Positions 29,680 through 38,904 of a stretch of 64,000 bases of DNA are shown here, in pieces. A program made the position numbers and the translations under genes. The first letter of the stretch is position 1; every line of letters begins with the position of its first letter. Source of the DNA: Candidatus Anstonellales archaeon (GTDB lineage Archaea; Micrarchaeota; Micrarchaeia; Anstonellales; J096); NCBI GenBank assembly GCA_038890615.1, contig JAWAFI010000001.1, positions 98,611-162,610 of the forward strand. Reading direction: 5' to 3'. Under the pieces are notes generated by a model. The model was given only the letters and a program-made list of their open reading frames with translations, had not been told where the DNA came from and did not search any database.

Positions 29680-29949
29680 TCACACTCTAAACCTTCTTTT
29701 CAGCTTTTTTATTCTGTCAGTAGGTTTATATTTTATAAAAGTACCATTTATAATGCTTTCCTTTCCTTCTACTTCCAGTGAGAATATTGAGCCTTTTTTC
29801 GGCACAACTGCCCTCTTGCCGTCTTCCTTCTCAATGGTGAAGGTTTCCCTTGTCTCATCCACTATGGTGCCTGAAATCCCAACATGAGCCCTTGAGAATG
29901 CTGAAACAACCCTTGCCTTCATGCCTATGAATTCAGAGAGCTCAAGCAT
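29680..29949 (-). CDS. rnp1: RNase P protein subunit Rpp29
   Basis: EFIG, GISGTIVDET, VPK; canonical position before rps17. Confidence 0.88.
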   Translation of the reverse strand: MLELSEFIGMKARVVSAFSRAHVGISGTIVDETRETFTIEKEDGKRAVVPKKGSIFSLEVEGKESIINGTFIKYKPTDRIKKLKRRFRV

Positions 29950-29951
29950 GG

Positions 29952-30236
29952 CTACTCTATGCTTTCCTTGCTGTAGCCATTCTTAACGAGCCACTCCTTT
30001 ACCTTCTCAGCGTGGTTTCCTTGGAGGATTATGCTATTGTCCTTTATTGTACCGCCGCAGGCAAGGTAGTGCTTTAGCTCCTTCATCACCTGCTTAACGC
30101 TGTTCTTCTCAATGCCTTCAACCAGAGTAACGAGCTTTCCGAATTTCGCACGGGAAGTAGAAACCTTGATGCGCCTTGTTTCCTCCTTCTCAAGCGCATC
30201 CCACACGCCCAAATCCTTGAACAGATCCTCCTGCAC
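29952..30236 (-). CDS. Translation initiation factor aIF1 (SUI1 family), GTG start
   Basis: GKLVTLVEG, LKHYLACGGT, LQGNH; SD AGGAGGT upstream of the GTG. Confidence 0.92.
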   Translation of the reverse strand: MQEDLFKDLGVWDALEKEETRRIKVSTSRAKFGKLVTLVEGIEKNSVKQVMKELKHYLACGGTIKDNSIILQGNHAEKVKEWLVKNGYSKESIE

Positions 30237-30300
30237 TTTTTATTTACCTCCTTTTGGTTTTCACTACTATACGAATGCCAATGCTTTTTAATCCTTGCGG

Positions 30301-31977
30301 TTAGTTAGCTAAGGGTTGGTTTGTCTGTTGTTGATTTTGTTGATTGTTGGTCTCGCCTTGTTGTGTTTTTGTTTGCTGATCTGCAAGATTGAGCAAAAAT
30401 GCAGGAAGGTTCAGCTTTGATAACAAATTATTCTTACCTCCTTCTTGGTTTGTTTGTGGTTGTGATGAAAGACTTTTGAGATAATCTAACTCCTCTTTTG
30501 TTAGGTTGACATTATCGGCAATTTTGTCGACACTTATGGCTACTTTTATGTAGGCATCCTTCCTAAGGAAGCCGGCCCTTTCAAGCCTTAGGCTGAATAC
30601 AAGCTGGTTCTTTTCTTTATCGTAGGTTGTGCTTAAAAGCTCCACATCCTTTACATTGGAGAACCACTTGTTAGGATCGTTAATGCCTTTTTTGTCTATT
30701 TGGGATATGGTGATTCCTTCTTGTTTATTTTTATATAATTTCTCTAATGATTCAGTAATTTTTTCTTTATTAGTATTATTTTTTTCAGTACCTAGTGATT
30801 CTTTAGTCTTTTTTTCTATCTCATTTAATAAGGAATTATTATTATTGAGTGTTTTTATTAGGAGGTCTTTTACTTGTTCTTTTGTAATTTTTACCTCGTT
30901 AGGTTTTGGTGGTTCTGAAGTTTTTGGTTCTTCTGCTTGTGCAATCAACTTATCAATTTTTTCTTCATCAGGTCTAAGAGAAAACTTTTTTTGCCCTTCT
31001 GTGAAATCAAACCCAAACCTGAATTTTCTTTCTTCCTCTCCTCCTTTTTCCTCTTTTTTTGGCTCCTCTGCAAGCAAAGGAAACTTTTCCTTTGCTTCAT
31101 CAAGCAGCTTTTTCATTCTAGGATTTTTTTCCACCTCTTTTTCAAGGAAAGCAATAAGAGTAAGATTATTATCATTTGCACGTTTATCAAGGAACTTTAT
31201 TAGCATATTGTGGCCCACTTGTCCTTCCCCCCACACTGTAAAGAGGAGGTTGAGCTCTGCCTGGGTCTGTTCTTTGGTAGCTTCAGCTCCAAAGTAATCT
31301 TGGAACGCTGACTTTTGATCTTCAGTTAGTTGTAGTCTTTTTTTGTTATCCTCCATACCATAGAAGTAGTTGCCCTGTCCGCTTGTAACAACGCTTACAA
31401 GCAGCTCTGACCTTGTCATGCCTCCGCGGTATTTTGTTTTAGTTACGTGCTCGTAGTTGCTTTCAATGCTAAACTTGGAAGTTTTGGGGATTAGTTTAGA
31501 TTTATCGGCGTCAGTGGGAGTTGTTGGCTGCTGGATGGATATGTCCTTAGTATCCTCATTTGGCGATTTAGTGCTTGTGGTCTCAGTTTGAGAAGGTTCA
31601 ACAGCAGCAGTGGCTTGTGGATTGCTGTCTTTAATTAAGTACTTGTCTTCTATCTCTTCTATAATACCATCTACATTTATATCTTTACTCTCCTTGTTAG
31701 ATGCATTTATTATCATTCCTTTGAGATCTTCCTTTTTGTCTTCGATGAAAATGGTTGAATTATCTATCTTCTTCAATATATTATCCTTTACGTTCTCTAC
31801 TTTAGCAGAAGCATTTTTAACAGCTTCATTATTCAATGGTTCTATATTCTGTTGAGCAGCAGCTTCATATTTTTTTTCAAAGTCAGCTTTTTTGGACTTG
31901 AGATAGGTCAAATCTTGCCCCAATATGTCAATTGTGTCATATTTATCATTTTTAGCTGATTTATCTCCCTCTCCCAT
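30301..31977 (-). CDS. Hypothetical protein (558 aa; K/E/N/Q-rich, low-complexity segments)
   Basis: Long ORF with its own SD (GAGGGAT) and TATA-like element; AT-rich. Confidence 0.8.
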   Translation of the reverse strand: MGEGDKSAKNDKYDTIDILGQDLTYLKSKKADFEKKYEAAAQQNIEPLNNEAVKNASAKVENVKDNILKKIDNSTIFIEDKKEDLKGMIINASNKESKDINVDGIIEEIEDKYLIKDSNPQATAAVEPSQTETTSTKSPNEDTKDISIQQPTTPTDADKSKLIPKTSKFSIESNYEHVTKTKYRGGMTRSELLVSVVTSGQGNYFYGMEDNKKRLQLTEDQKSAFQDYFGAEATKEQTQAELNLLFTVWGEGQVGHNMLIKFLDKRANDNNLTLIAFLEKEVEKNPRMKKLLDEAKEKFPLLAEEPKKEEKGGEEERKFRFGFDFTEGQKKFSLRPDEEKIDKLIAQAEEPKTSEPPKPNEVKITKEQVKDLLIKTLNNNNSLLNEIEKKTKESLGTEKNNTNKEKITESLEKLYKNKQEGITISQIDKKGINDPNKWFSNVKDVELLSTTYDKEKNQLVFSLRLERAGFLRKDAYIKVAISVDKIADNVNLTKEELDYLKSLSSQPQTNQEGGKNNLLSKLNLPAFLLNLADQQTKTQQGETNNQQNQQQTNQPLAN

Positions 31978-32039
31978 AGTATCCCTCTATATATTTATTA
32001 ACACCAATATATTTAAAAATATACTTTTTTAGAGTAGTG

Positions 32040-35000
32040 CTACCATTTGCCATACAAAAACATATACCGAAGTGCATCCGCTTTATCATATTCGTCCTTT
32101 ATTTCTAGAGCCTCTTTTATCTTTTTTACTTTAGATGGGTCCTTAAGTGCCTCTTCAAGGTTCTTATTTACTTCTCCCTCACTAATACCAAAAGATTTTA
32201 GAATTTTGATTATTTCTTCTTTTTCTGAACTGGTTAAAGTTATCTCTTTAGATTCCTCTGGCCCTTCCGTAGAGCGCCTATACATTGCCCTCTGTTGGGG
32301 TGTTAATACCCCTTCACTTTCTCCTTGAATTCCTGAAAGGTCTGTTGGCCTCCTTCTAATTTCAGCTGGTCTTATATAAGGTTCTCTCCCTAGATGGTTC
32401 AGCACCCTAACCTCCTTCTCTTTGCCCCCTAACTTCAAGCTGTCAGGAAGCATCAAGGAAAGGAAAAGAGCAACTGCATTTTCCTCTTCAGGTCCAAAAG
32501 GAACAACCTTCCACTTGTTCCAATCTGCATCCTTGAGCTTTATTTCTATGGTATTTTGTGAAACAGAGATGGAAAGGAATTCGCTTTCGTATTGAGCAGA
32601 ACCCCCTGCAATCTTGCCAAGCCCCTTAAGCGCATCATCAACTATCAAAGAAGCAGAAAGGGGGGCCTTTTCAGTGAACTGAGTAGAATTCCCATCAGCA
32701 TCTATCTTTCTCCCTTCTATTACTACTTCATCAAGGTAGGGGAACTGGAACTTTAGGGCACGAACAGCATTGATTAATTCTTCCTCATTCTTAAGAGGCT
32801 TAACCCCCTTTTCCTTTTCAGCCCCTGAAACTCCCTCGCTCTTTTTGTCTTCAAGGCGTATGTTCGCAATTTTAAGCACTGCTAAACCTCCGCTTGTGTC
32901 AAGAGAAACCTCTGCCCCTCCGAAGGTCGCTATGTTTGCATTGGATAGGAAGCCCTTTATCTTCTGCTCTTCATCAATGGTGCTTATCATTTTTCCGCGC
33001 TCACCAGATGAAAGCGAAAGAGCTGACAATGAGCCCCAGAGGCCGAAATTGCTAAGGTTTAAGTTCTTGACAATAAGAGGGGACATTGAAAGGTTTTCTG
33101 CTGTAAATGCCAAACCCCTTGGAAGCAGCGCTATTGACCAATCAAATGCTTTTGCACCTGCCTTTAGCAGAATTGGCCACGATGAAACAATGCTGTCCTT
33201 CATCACCCATTCTGCAGTTCCTCTAAGATCTGCAGCGACTTTCCTAAGGTACTTGAATAATGGCTCTTCGGAAAGCTCTAACCATGTTTCGAGCCTCTTT
33301 ATGTTTCTTTCAACTTGTTTTATATATCGATCGAGCTCCTTTATCCTAGCAGATTTTGCTGCCTCAATAGTTTTTTCGCCCTGTTCCTTTGCCTTTAATC
33401 TTTTCTTTAAGTTTGAATATAGGCTCCTAAGAACCCCAAGCCTCTTTTTTAAGTCCCCACTCTTTAATAGCTTAAATATTTCTTGGTCGGTTTGCTGGAA
33501 AAGCTTATTTATTTCTTCAAGCTCTGTTGAAATATCTTTTCCTGCCTCTTTCACCATCCTTAATGTGCTCTCAACATTATCCACTTCGCCCCCTCCTAAA
33601 GGCTGTTCTTCTGCCTTTTCAGGGGAAATCTCCTTGATTTCCTTTTTTGTTTTCTCCACGTTGACCTTTGTTCTTTCAGCTTTATTTCTTAATTCATCTA
33701 ATGGTCCTCTAACTTTTTCTACATTCTCCGGCTTAAGCATTTCCATATCGGCTTGTTTCTTAATGCCCTCGCGCTTTTGTGATTCACGTACTCCATCTAT
33801 CACTTTTTTGCTTATATTCCTTGGAGCTTGACCAATCTTTTTGGCAACCTTTAATGCACCCCCTCCTAAGAAAGTTTCCATAAACTCTTCTTTGGCAGCT
33901 GCCCAAGAAGCTGCTGGGTCTTTTATGTTAAGCTTTGTGGCTGGGCTTGCAACCAGCCTTATGAATGCCCCTGTTGCTGCGAAGAATGCAGCCACTTTCA
34001 GGTGGTCCTTAAGCCCCCTATCAAACTTGCCCTCCTTAAGCATTGTGAGCGCAATTTCTATTTCTTTTGGATCAATTCCAAGCTCTTTTGCAATCCTGTG
34101 CAAAGGTCCGTTTACTCTGCCGTCTATTAAGAACATCCCAAGAAGCTCATTCGCTTCCTTTTTCATTTCCTTATTCACTGGAGCAGGGCTTACTAAATCA
34201 GAACCCCAGGAAAGCAAAAGCCCAGTTATGCCAAATATGGTACCGTACTTAATAAGCTCTGTGAAAGGGGTTGATAGAGTGTAAAGCACAGCAGAGCCAA
34301 CAAGCCTTGGGCTGAGCAATGTTTTGGCAACAGGCCCAACAGCTTTAAAACCACCATAGACCATGGCCGGGGCAAGGGCAGCATTCATTGTGCCTATTGT
34401 TGCCTCAAAAGCCATCCCTTTGTACTCCTCTGCTGCCTTTTGTGCATAAGCCATGAACATCAGCTGGTTGGCAGCAAACATAGATTCAGCCATTGCCATC
34501 TCTTGGATGTTTCCTTGCTTGCTGGCATGCACAAATTTTGAGTACATGGTGGTCATCTGGGTGTATGCATTGTCCATGCCATCTACATATTGCTGGAATC
34601 GGGCTCCTTTGGTGTTCCTATCTGTCACTTTGAATATATTTATGAACCCTCTGGCTGCAGCGCCTATCCCAAATAGCTCAAGAATCTTAGCGGGGTTATT
34701 CCAACTTGTTCTGTCCTCAACTACATTTTCAACACTGCTCCAAAAGTACCTTCCTCTTGAGGATGCTTGGCGCATGTAGCCGTCTATAATTCCAAGCGAA
34801 GGAAGCATATAACCCCATACTTCTTCGAAATAGTTTCCAAGTGATTTCTTCTGCTTTTCTATAAGATCGTCTGCAGTTTTCATATACTTCTTGAAATCTG
34901 AAGTATTAAATGGTCCTTTTGAAGGGCTGTTTTCTATAGCACTAATGAAAAGGCGGGCCTTTATGTAGGCCTCCCCTGCTGAAGAAAAGTAGAGCATGGA

Positions 35001-35237
35001 AGCAATCTCAAGCTTTTTATCTGTGGGCAGTGTATTCCATATTTTATTAAGCTTCTCAAGGATTTGTGGATCGCGCGATAAGCATGTGAAGAATAGATGC
35101 TGTGCATAACTTACATCTTTTTGAATCAAAAGAACATCTATTTTTTGCTTTGAAATACCATCAAGCTTATTCACCATGTCTAAAGCGAACTTAGTCTGAG
35201 GCGACATATCCCTGTTCAATCCCACCTGATACCCCAT
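32040..35237 (-). CDS. Hypothetical protein (1065 aa; internal hydrophobic G/A-rich segments, coiled coil, shared C-terminal domain)
   Basis: Long ORF with SD (GGTGGGA); no N-terminal signal peptide. Confidence 0.85.
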   Translation of the reverse strand: MGYQVGLNRDMSPQTKFALDMVNKLDGISKQKIDVLLIQKDVSYAQHLFFTCLSRDPQILEKLNKIWNTLPTDKKLEIASMLYFSSAGEAYIKARLFISAIENSPSKGPFNTSDFKKYMKTADDLIEKQKKSLGNYFEEVWGYMLPSLGIIDGYMRQASSRGRYFWSSVENVVEDRTSWNNPAKILELFGIGAAARGFINIFKVTDRNTKGARFQQYVDGMDNAYTQMTTMYSKFVHASKQGNIQEMAMAESMFAANQLMFMAYAQKAAEEYKGMAFEATIGTMNAALAPAMVYGGFKAVGPVAKTLLSPRLVGSAVLYTLSTPFTELIKYGTIFGITGLLLSWGSDLVSPAPVNKEMKKEANELLGMFLIDGRVNGPLHRIAKELGIDPKEIEIALTMLKEGKFDRGLKDHLKVAAFFAATGAFIRLVASPATKLNIKDPAASWAAAKEEFMETFLGGGALKVAKKIGQAPRNISKKVIDGVRESQKREGIKKQADMEMLKPENVEKVRGPLDELRNKAERTKVNVEKTKKEIKEISPEKAEEQPLGGGEVDNVESTLRMVKEAGKDISTELEEINKLFQQTDQEIFKLLKSGDLKKRLGVLRSLYSNLKKRLKAKEQGEKTIEAAKSARIKELDRYIKQVERNIKRLETWLELSEEPLFKYLRKVAADLRGTAEWVMKDSIVSSWPILLKAGAKAFDWSIALLPRGLAFTAENLSMSPLIVKNLNLSNFGLWGSLSALSLSSGERGKMISTIDEEQKIKGFLSNANIATFGGAEVSLDTSGGLAVLKIANIRLEDKKSEGVSGAEKEKGVKPLKNEEELINAVRALKFQFPYLDEVVIEGRKIDADGNSTQFTEKAPLSASLIVDDALKGLGKIAGGSAQYESEFLSISVSQNTIEIKLKDADWNKWKVVPFGPEEENAVALFLSLMLPDSLKLGGKEKEVRVLNHLGREPYIRPAEIRRRPTDLSGIQGESEGVLTPQQRAMYRRSTEGPEESKEITLTSSEKEEIIKILKSFGISEGEVNKNLEEALKDPSKVKKIKEALEIKDEYDKADALRYMFLYGKW

Positions 35238-35312
35238 ATTCCCACCGGATATATTTGCTCATCGATGCTTTAAAATATTGATGGTTGGAATGGCTAAGGC
35301 GTTTTGCTGTGT

Positions 35313-36236
35313 TTACTCTATGCCAAGGGTTGCCTTAATACTGAAGAGCTGGGCATTCTTGTCTTTGAATTGAAGGTATTTTTTGAGCGCTTCTTTAGTA
35401 GTTGGATTTTTCATTACCTCTGAAAGCTTTTCATCAAACTCTTTTTCACTAACTCCTGCTCCTATCAAAATGCTTTTTATGTCCTGGTAGATGCGCTCAT
35501 CCTCAGTATAACCCCTTTCAAGGTCTGATATCCCTTGGGGTTTTGGTGAAGGCTGTTCCTCCTTTTTGCCCTTCTCATTTGAGCTCTGTGGGCTCTGCTT
35601 CACTAATGATGGTTTTTGGCGTGGGCCAGGCACGGCATATCCCACTACTTTAGAAGTGAAACCACCACTCAGGCAATACTTTCTAGAATATTCTATAAAT
35701 TCTGATTCTACACTTGAACCCATAATTAATTTCAGTATCTTCTTTCCTGTTTCTATTGGGTGGGTAGCAATCATTGGAGGCACAGCTGCTACTTTGTAAA
35801 TTCTCGCAATTATTTTATCTTTTGGTGTTTTGGCAACCTTATTAAGCTCTTTTATGAAATCATAAGAAACTGGATAGGTAAGTTTTTTATAAAATTCCAC
35901 GAACTTTGGACTCAGCGCAAGCAACGACTTTTCTGCAACAATCTTCTTTGTTCCGGCCTCAACCCCTTCCTCAAGGGCTTTTTTCGCTATTGCCTTGCCT
36001 GCTTCAGAAACACCCTTGCCAACTGTTAACTTGCCAACCACCCCTGCCCCTGTAATGGTTAGGATATCGAACACAAGTGAAGAAGCAGTGAGCACTGCAA
36101 CAACAGAGCCCCATTCCCAGTGGCCGTCCTTGTAAAGAAGGTAGGAATCCTTTCCTAGCCTGTAAGTTCCAATAAAAGGAACGAAGTCAAGCGCAAAGTC
36201 TCCTGCTTCTTTAGCCATTTGCCTAAGAGATGTCAT
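35313..36236 (-). CDS. Hypothetical protein (307 aa; pre-toxin-like hydrophobic N-terminus, shared C-terminal domain)
   Basis: LDFVPFIG followed by a hydrophobic hairpin; C-terminus aligns with the 32040-35237 product. Confidence 0.8.
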   Translation of the reverse strand: MTSLRQMAKEAGDFALDFVPFIGTYRLGKDSYLLYKDGHWEWGSVVAVLTASSLVFDILTITGAGVVGKLTVGKGVSEAGKAIAKKALEEGVEAGTKKIVAEKSLLALSPKFVEFYKKLTYPVSYDFIKELNKVAKTPKDKIIARIYKVAAVPPMIATHPIETGKKILKLIMGSSVESEFIEYSRKYCLSGGFTSKVVGYAVPGPRQKPSLVKQSPQSSNEKGKKEEQPSPKPQGISDLERGYTEDERIYQDIKSILIGAGVSEKEFDEKLSEVMKNPTTKEALKKYLQFKDKNAQLFSIKATLGIE

Positions 36237-36603
36237 GCCAACCCACTCCTATAAGAGCATCTAGGTATTTTGCTGCGTATTCCCTGCCATTGTTTGCATC
36301 AAGCCATGCTTTTATATCCTTAAAGTTCCTGCTAAGCTCAGGGCTTGAATCAATTGCCTCTTTAAGGCCTGGCTTCCTCCCATATAAGTAATATATGATA
36401 ACAGAGTAGTTTGCAAGATGAATTGAAAGCTCAGAAAGGAGCCTCTCTTTCTCCTTTTTGTCCTTCTCAGTATTTATTCTCTCAGAAAGCTCTGGTATGA
36501 AGCCCTTGACAAAAACATCTGAAAAAAGCGCTGGGTAGCTAATGTACTTTTTGGCATCTGCAAAGCTTTTTATTTCTTTTTTTGGGTCTGGAGCTGCGCT
36601 CAT
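36223..36603 (-). CDS. Hypothetical protein (126 aa)
   Basis: Start reset to MSAAPDPKKE with SD GAGGGAT and TATA upstream; overlaps the start of the next gene. Confidence 0.7.
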   Translation of the reverse strand: MSAAPDPKKEIKSFADAKKYISYPALFSDVFVKGFIPELSERINTEKDKKEKERLLSELSIHLANYSVIIYYLYGRKPGLKEAIDSSPELSRNFKDIKAWLDANNGREYAAKYLDALIGVGWHDIS

Positions 36604-36704
36604 TTTTATCCCTCTATTATATACTACCACTAGGGTATTTAAAAAAGTGCTGGAAACAAGCAAAAATCTTTTAATGTTTGGCATGGTGCAAAATAAGGGG
36701 AAGG

Positions 36705-37988
36705 ATGAAGAAGGAGTGTCCGCTGAGGGTTGACGAGAGCAAATGCCTTGCAGAACAAAAATTCCCAGCAATGCCCTGCCTTGAGCCAAGGAATGGGTGC
36801 TTTGATGAAGAGCTTAAATACGGGCTCAATGCAATAAGCCTTTCTGCAGGAGAATTCATAGAGCACTCTATAATAAGGCTAAGGGAAAAAGGCATTGCCC
36901 TTGATGCTGAAAAGGAGGAATTTGTTAGGGAGGTGCTTAAGCAGGAGATAATGATAGGAATAAGGGAGCTCTGCGAAGTGCCCAAGATCATAAAGAAAGG
37001 GGAGAAAGACATAGAACAAGGCAAGAAAACTATAGATGGGCTTGCTTTTGTTTACTTTATAAAGGCAAAGGAAGAGCTGGAGAAAGTGCAGGTAAGCAGC
37101 AAATGCGCAACAGCTTTGGCATTGATGAGCGTTGCCCCTGAGATGAAGCTTTATACAGTGCCAGGCCATCAGATAAGGACAGCAGAATTGATGGAATATA
37201 TAAAGGAGAAAACAAACATTGACTTCGCATTCCCAGGCCTGATGGTTATGCATGATTTCGGGAAAGCTGCATTCAACTCATGGAACCTTAAAGGAAGCAA
37301 GGATTCAATCATAGAATATATAGTGGATGAACATGAGAGGAGAAACACAGGGGATGAAAGCATAAATGTAGGCATAAAGGTGCTTATTGCAGAGGGGCAC
37401 GCATGCTTCTGCCACGAACTAATGCAGGCAATGAAAATGATGTGCCTCCATAAAGAAAGCCACAATTACACGCTAACAGAAGACATATTCAGGAAGGTGC
37501 TTGACCACCACCCTTACACCTATTATGGGGTTGACCCAAGGATAAAATCAATGACCCTTCTGGCTGATTACCTTGATGGAGTAATGTCTTTCAGGGAGTA
37601 TGCGATGAGGAGGTTTGAGACGCCTGAGCAGGTGAGGGCAAGGATAAAGGGGGCATTCTTTATTGACAACCCTTACAGGGAATTCGGGAAGGCAGCCGGC
37701 TACACTGAATTGGAGGCAGCAAAGCTCATATTCGGCTTCGTTGAGCGCATGTATGGAAAATACATGAGGGAGCTATTCGGAGAAGACTATTTTACATTCC
37801 CAAAGCTCAATGAAAGGGCACTTGAGCAGGTGTGGAAGGATTTGGAGATATTCAGAAGCATAAACATGCTTAACAAATACATGAAGGTGATGGTTGAAAC
37901 TCACTTAGTAGCAACCAAGAGGGAAAGGAAATATACTGCATATGGGATTGGGCATGTTTTGAGGGAAGCGAGGGAAAGGATCAAATAG
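36705..37988 (+). CDS. HD-domain (HD-GYP-like) protein with an uncharacterised N-terminus
   Basis: GHQ..., MHDFGK, EGH, DHH, LADYLDGVMSFREY motifs in HD-GYP order. Confidence 0.65.
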   Translation: MKKECPLRVDESKCLAEQKFPAMPCLEPRNGCFDEELKYGLNAISLSAGEFIEHSIIRLREKGIALDAEKEEFVREVLKQEIMIGIRELCEVPKIIKKGEKDIEQGKKTIDGLAFVYFIKAKEELEKVQVSSKCATALALMSVAPEMKLYTVPGHQIRTAELMEYIKEKTNIDFAFPGLMVMHDFGKAAFNSWNLKGSKDSIIEYIVDEHERRNTGDESINVGIKVLIAEGHACFCHELMQAMKMMCLHKESHNYTLTEDIFRKVLDHHPYTYYGVDPRIKSMTLLADYLDGVMSFREYAMRRFETPEQVRARIKGAFFIDNPYREFGKAAGYTELEAAKLIFGFVERMYGKYMRELFGEDYFTFPKLNERALEQVWKDLEIFRSINMLNKYMKVMVETHLVATKRERKYTAYGIGHVLREARERIK

Positions 37989-38043
37989 CCAATATATTTA
38001 AATGAGTAGTGCTTGACTAAATTATTATCGGTAAGATATTTTT

Positions 38044-38117
38044 GCCTCGGTAGCTCAGCCAGGTAGAGCGTCTGCCTGTTAAGCAGAGGGCCGGCGGTTC
38101 AAATCCGCCCCGGGGCG
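38044..38117 (+). tRNA. tRNA-Asn(GTT)
   Basis: GCCTCGG/CCGGGGC acceptor stem, TCTGC-CT-GTT-AA-GCAGA anticodon arm, GGTTCAAATCC. Confidence 0.95.
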
Positions 38118-38119
38118 CT

Positions 38120-38902
38120 ATGCAAAAGGAAAAAAAAGAAGAAAATAGGAAAGTGGTTGCAAGAGCAATTGGCAGGAGCGAAAGCGAGGAGAGATCATGG
38201 AAGGCGCTGGAAAGGTTTAGGGATGAAGGCAAAGAGAATAGGATAAAAAAGATAAGGGCCATAGGCAACAGGCCAAAGGGGAATGATGAAGAAATTTTCA
38301 TATTGGTTGAAGGGATTAGGAATGAGGATTTGGAGGTTAGGGTAAATTCCGCATGGGCCCTGTCAAAGGTTGCAGAGGAAGGGCATGACATATCAATGGC
38401 ATTTGGCTATCTTAAGAAGGAGCTAAGCTCAGAAGACAATATGCTCAAGGAATACGCGATATCAGCATTGTCAGTGGCTGCATGGCAGGGTGCTGATGTA
38501 AGCTTTGCTAAGGATGAGATTGTCAAGCTCCTTTCGCACGAGCAGCCCTCAATAAGGATGAAGGCCCTATCCGCTGTGCTTTACAATGCGCACGAAGGAA
38601 AGGATGTTTCTTATGCGTATAAGGAAATCGCAAAACTGCTTGCAGATGAATACCCTATTATAAGGTCAACTGCATTGAAAGCCATAAAGAAGGCAACAGA
38701 GAACTGCCCAGAGGAGCATCAAGAAGAGCTTGAGAGGCTGCTCCTGGATGTGTTATATAGCAATGCTTTTGACAGCATAGAGCCTCATGAAAGGGCAAAC
38801 TTAGAGGAAGAGCTAAGGAAAGTTATAGAGAGCATAGGCTCGTACAATGAATTTGAAGCCAGGAAAAAGGAGGAAAAGGGTGAAGAGCGCACAATAAACT
38901 GA
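38120..38902 (+). CDS. HEAT-repeat protein
   Basis: Repeats EDLEVRVNSAWAL, EDNMLKEYAISAL, EQPSIRMKALSAV, EYPIIRSTALKAI. Confidence 0.8.
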   Translation: MQKEKKEENRKVVARAIGRSESEERSWKALERFRDEGKENRIKKIRAIGNRPKGNDEEIFILVEGIRNEDLEVRVNSAWALSKVAEEGHDISMAFGYLKKELSSEDNMLKEYAISALSVAAWQGADVSFAKDEIVKLLSHEQPSIRMKALSAVLYNAHEGKDVSYAYKEIAKLLADEYPIIRSTALKAIKKATENCPEEHQEELERLLLDVLYSNAFDSIEPHERANLEEELRKVIESIGSYNEFEARKKEEKGEERTIN

Positions 38903-38904
38903 AA

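Noticed and set aside
30301..38117. Provirus or integrative element ending at tRNA-Asn
   Set aside because: No integrase, capsid, terminase or transposase motif, and I saw no duplicated tRNA 3' end (att site)
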